Shown here piece after piece: positions 61,591 to 64,000 of a stretch of 64,000 nucleotides of DNA. Numbering within the stretch: the first letter of the stretch is position 1; the number at the start of each line of letters is the position of its first letter. Position numbers and translations under genes: made by a program. Under the pieces are notes generated by a model that was given only the letters and a program-made list of their open reading frames with translations, was not told the origin of the DNA and did not search any database. Source of the DNA: Azolla caroliniana (taxonomy: Eukaryota > Plantae > Polypodiophyta); assembly GCA_043228905.1 (NCBI GenBank), contig JBHGNT010000002.1, forward strand, positions 23,560,001 through 23,624,000. The letters run 5' to 3'.

Positions 61591-64000
61591 ATGCTGTTAT
61601 GCGGTTGTGCACATCAGAGAGGACAAGGAAACAAATGCTTGAATTTTGATCTCACACCACTTCAGGTATGTAATCTTGTTGTTTCCTACTCATTAACTAC
61701 TAGAGACATTAGTAATTGTTAATATCATAAGCTTTAATATGTGTATTGGGAGTCAAATGAAGGTTAGAGATAAACCAACGAGCGCTCTTGTGGTAGTCTG
61801 GATAACTGTGGATGTTAGGAGTCCAATGAAGGCTGGACATAAGGAAGTCACCATTTTATAGTCGTTTGGATAGCTATGAATTGGATTCAGAAGATCAACC
61901 ATACACAACTGTCAGGGTTTTAGCCTTATGTAAACGGTTACTCTAGATAGCTCTCTTTCCACTGATCATGCTAGGGACATCTATGAGTAAAATGGGAACC
62001 TCCTAATAATGCCTTGTTAGCCATAGCTGTGAGGATTGGTCGTGTAGGGGATCTTTTACTAGCCATTAGCTATTCTATTTATTTTGATTAATTGAAGAGT
62101 AATATGCTAAGTCTATTAGGTGATTTTTTCTTAACATTAATGACTTGTGGATTCTCAGCTCAGGAGATTACATTAATTATCAATGGAAAAGATTAAACTC
62201 TTAATTAAGAGTTCTACTCCTAAGATTAACGACATGCTGGGTTTTAAGATATGGTGGCATTATGATTTGGCAGGAACAAAGGCTCCATAGGCTTCAATGT
62301 CGCGCAGCAGTCGCATTTGACGGTACTCGATCTGATCATCAGGTATGTAAAAAATACTACTAGTTTTTGTATATGTTTGTCATCTGACACAATTTCTGGT
62401 CCTCGGAGAGAATTGTCCTGATAAAAAACTCAGTTTTGGCCCTTGGAGAGAATTGGCCTGATTGCAAATGCTACTAGTTTTTTGTATAGGTTTGTCATTC
62501 GAAACAATTTTGGAGAGAATTGACGCTTTTAATGAACAATACTACTGTTTTGTGTGTGTTTATCATTTAAAAATTTGGTGACAATCTGCCCTTTTTAATG
62601 ACAAATGATAACACTGTTTTGTATGTCTTTATCATTTAACACTTTATTTTGAAGAGAATTGACCTGATGCAAATACTACTAGTATTTTCTGTGTTTCTTA
62701 TTTGACACAGATTTGGGGATTGATGGCATACCTTAGTGGTTTATTGTGTGCATGTTTATCATTTGATATATTGTGTTAGTGAATTAATTTTATTGTAATC
62801 AACAATCTGTTTTTATTAACAGGAAGCATTGAAAGCCCTGTGGCATGCAGCGTTCCCAGATTTAGATTTAAAAGGACTTATCTCTGAACAGTGGAAAGAG
62901 ATGGGATGGCAAGGCAATGACCCATCTACTGATTTCAGGTAATGACACTTATCATAAGATTTTCAGGGTTTTCAATTATCTTATTCCATTCATATTTCAT
63001 GAGATGACCTGAAAATTGCATTGGACTTTGCAGGGGTGGAGGATTTATTTCTCTTGACAACTTGCTGTTCTTTGCAAAAAGATATCCAGTATGCTGATTC
63101 ATATACTAGTGATTGTTTGAACTCTTCTATTATGCTGTTATTTGTTTCAATATACTGGTGAACAAGTTTCACTTCAAGGGTTTTTGAAAGCAAGCTAAAC
63201 CAGAGAAAACTTTTGTGCTGGTCATATTTGTAGTCCTGGTCAATATTTTTATAGCTCATTGTTTTCTCTTTGTGTGATTAGTTTCAAAAAGTCAAAACCC
63301 ATGCTCGATTCATTCCTATGTTTGTGACTAATTAGCATTGCCTCACATACATTGTGCTTTGTACATAATGACTTCTTTTCTCCGCTAACTGGTTTTTGAT
63401 ATATGAACCAGAAAACATTCCAACAATTATTGTGCAAAAAGGGAGGGAGAAGGGCGACATGGGAATATCCTTTTGCAGTCGCTGGGGTTAATGTCACATT
63501 TATGTTGATACAAATGTTGGAGCTTCGTTGTGGTATGAACATTCAAAATCCCTTTGTATTCCCATTTTATCATGGATGATGATCCCAATTGACTACTTAT
63601 ATTTCTCATGTTTATAGATAAGCCAAGATCCTGGGCAGGGTCATCGTTTCGGAAAATTTTGGCAGGTATGTATATAAAAAGAAGCATTTAATAAAAATGT
63701 AAAATTCTGAAATACCCTGCATATTCTTTGTTTCTCAAAATGCCCTTAAGTTTTCATGATTTTCTATTTGAGCAATTATATGATCAGTTGTCTCCATTCT
63801 CTCTCTTTCACGAGTTGACCAAGGGTATTTGAGAAAATAATGAAAATTCAGGTGCATTCAGGGTAAGAAAGAAAAACATGGGGGTATTTAGGACATTTCT
63901 CTTTACTAGTTGATGAGTTTATAAGTAGGCTATTTTTTTGTATGAGAGAATGATGAAACATCTTCCTGACCATGTTTAATCTTTGCTTTTGTAGAAGAAG
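61591..64000 (+). CDS. ELMO/CED-12 domain-containing protein (ELMOD family); 3' end outside the window, 5' end uncertain
   Basis: Exons 61591?-61665 (..FDLTPLQ), 62274-62342 (EQRLHRLQCRAAVAFDGTRSDHQ), 62823-62938 (EALKALWHAAFP...SEQWKEMGWQGNDPSTDFR), 63034-63088 (GGGFISLDNLLFFAKRYP), 63412-63532 (WEYPFAVAGVNVTFMLIQML), 63618-63665, 63995->. A likely first exon lies at ~59470-59806, with a pyrimidine-rich leader and a GTAAGT donor. Confidence 0.92.
62345..62800. repeat. Degenerate ~60-bp tandem array in an ELMO intron
   Basis: About six units of AATACTACTAGTTTTTGT.T.TGTTT.TCATTT.A...TTT.GAGAGAATTG. Confidence 0.7.
63700..63903. mobile_element. Small MITE, intronic family copy 4 (ELMO intron)
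   Basis: Core CTATTTGAGCAATTATATG at 63764-63782 is identical to copy 2; ends TCTGAAATACCC...GGGTATTTAGGA. Confidence 0.6.

Noticed and set aside
1-64000. Novel multi-gene system linking VPS34, expansin, PPR and ELMO
   Set aside because: VPS34 and ELMOD both relate to membrane trafficking, but they are ~35 kb apart with unrelated genes between them. Nothing in the sequence indicates functional clustering. No tRNA, rRNA, organellar or prokaryotic segment was recognised.

Overview
Eukaryotic nuclear DNA from a land plant. A fern or other non-seed plant is my inference, from a Tcn1-type chromovirus, fern-style RTE LINEs and a long PLS-class PPR gene. It contains four host genes: a complete 17-exon class III PI3-kinase VPS34 (+, 16276-26141, ~811 aa), a 3-exon alpha-expansin (-, 28525-32261), a PLS/E-class PPR gene (-, 41089-44007) and an ELMO/CED-12-domain gene (+, ~59700/61591 to beyond the window end). 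There is also a fragmented PPR pseudogene. The rest is a transposon mosaic whose history can be read from target-site duplications (TSDs). It includes a TSD-bounded LINE carrying a solo LTR, and a Tcn1-like chromoviral Gypsy whose interior is inverted, giving a ~118-bp-arm fold-back, and which carries a nested 1.5-kb solo LTR with a CCGG-rich minisatellite. It also includes a Hop-like MULE, non-autonomous Mutator, pogo/Tc1-like and hAT elements, and a small MITE family seen four times, always in introns. I found no convincing wholly new multi-gene system. The most unusual signals are the inverted Gypsy, the fungal-like TE lineages, an LTR apparently supplying the PPR stop codon, and an in-frame stop at a normally conserved Trp in the ELMO gene. 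Coordinates were read by eye and may be off by a few bases.
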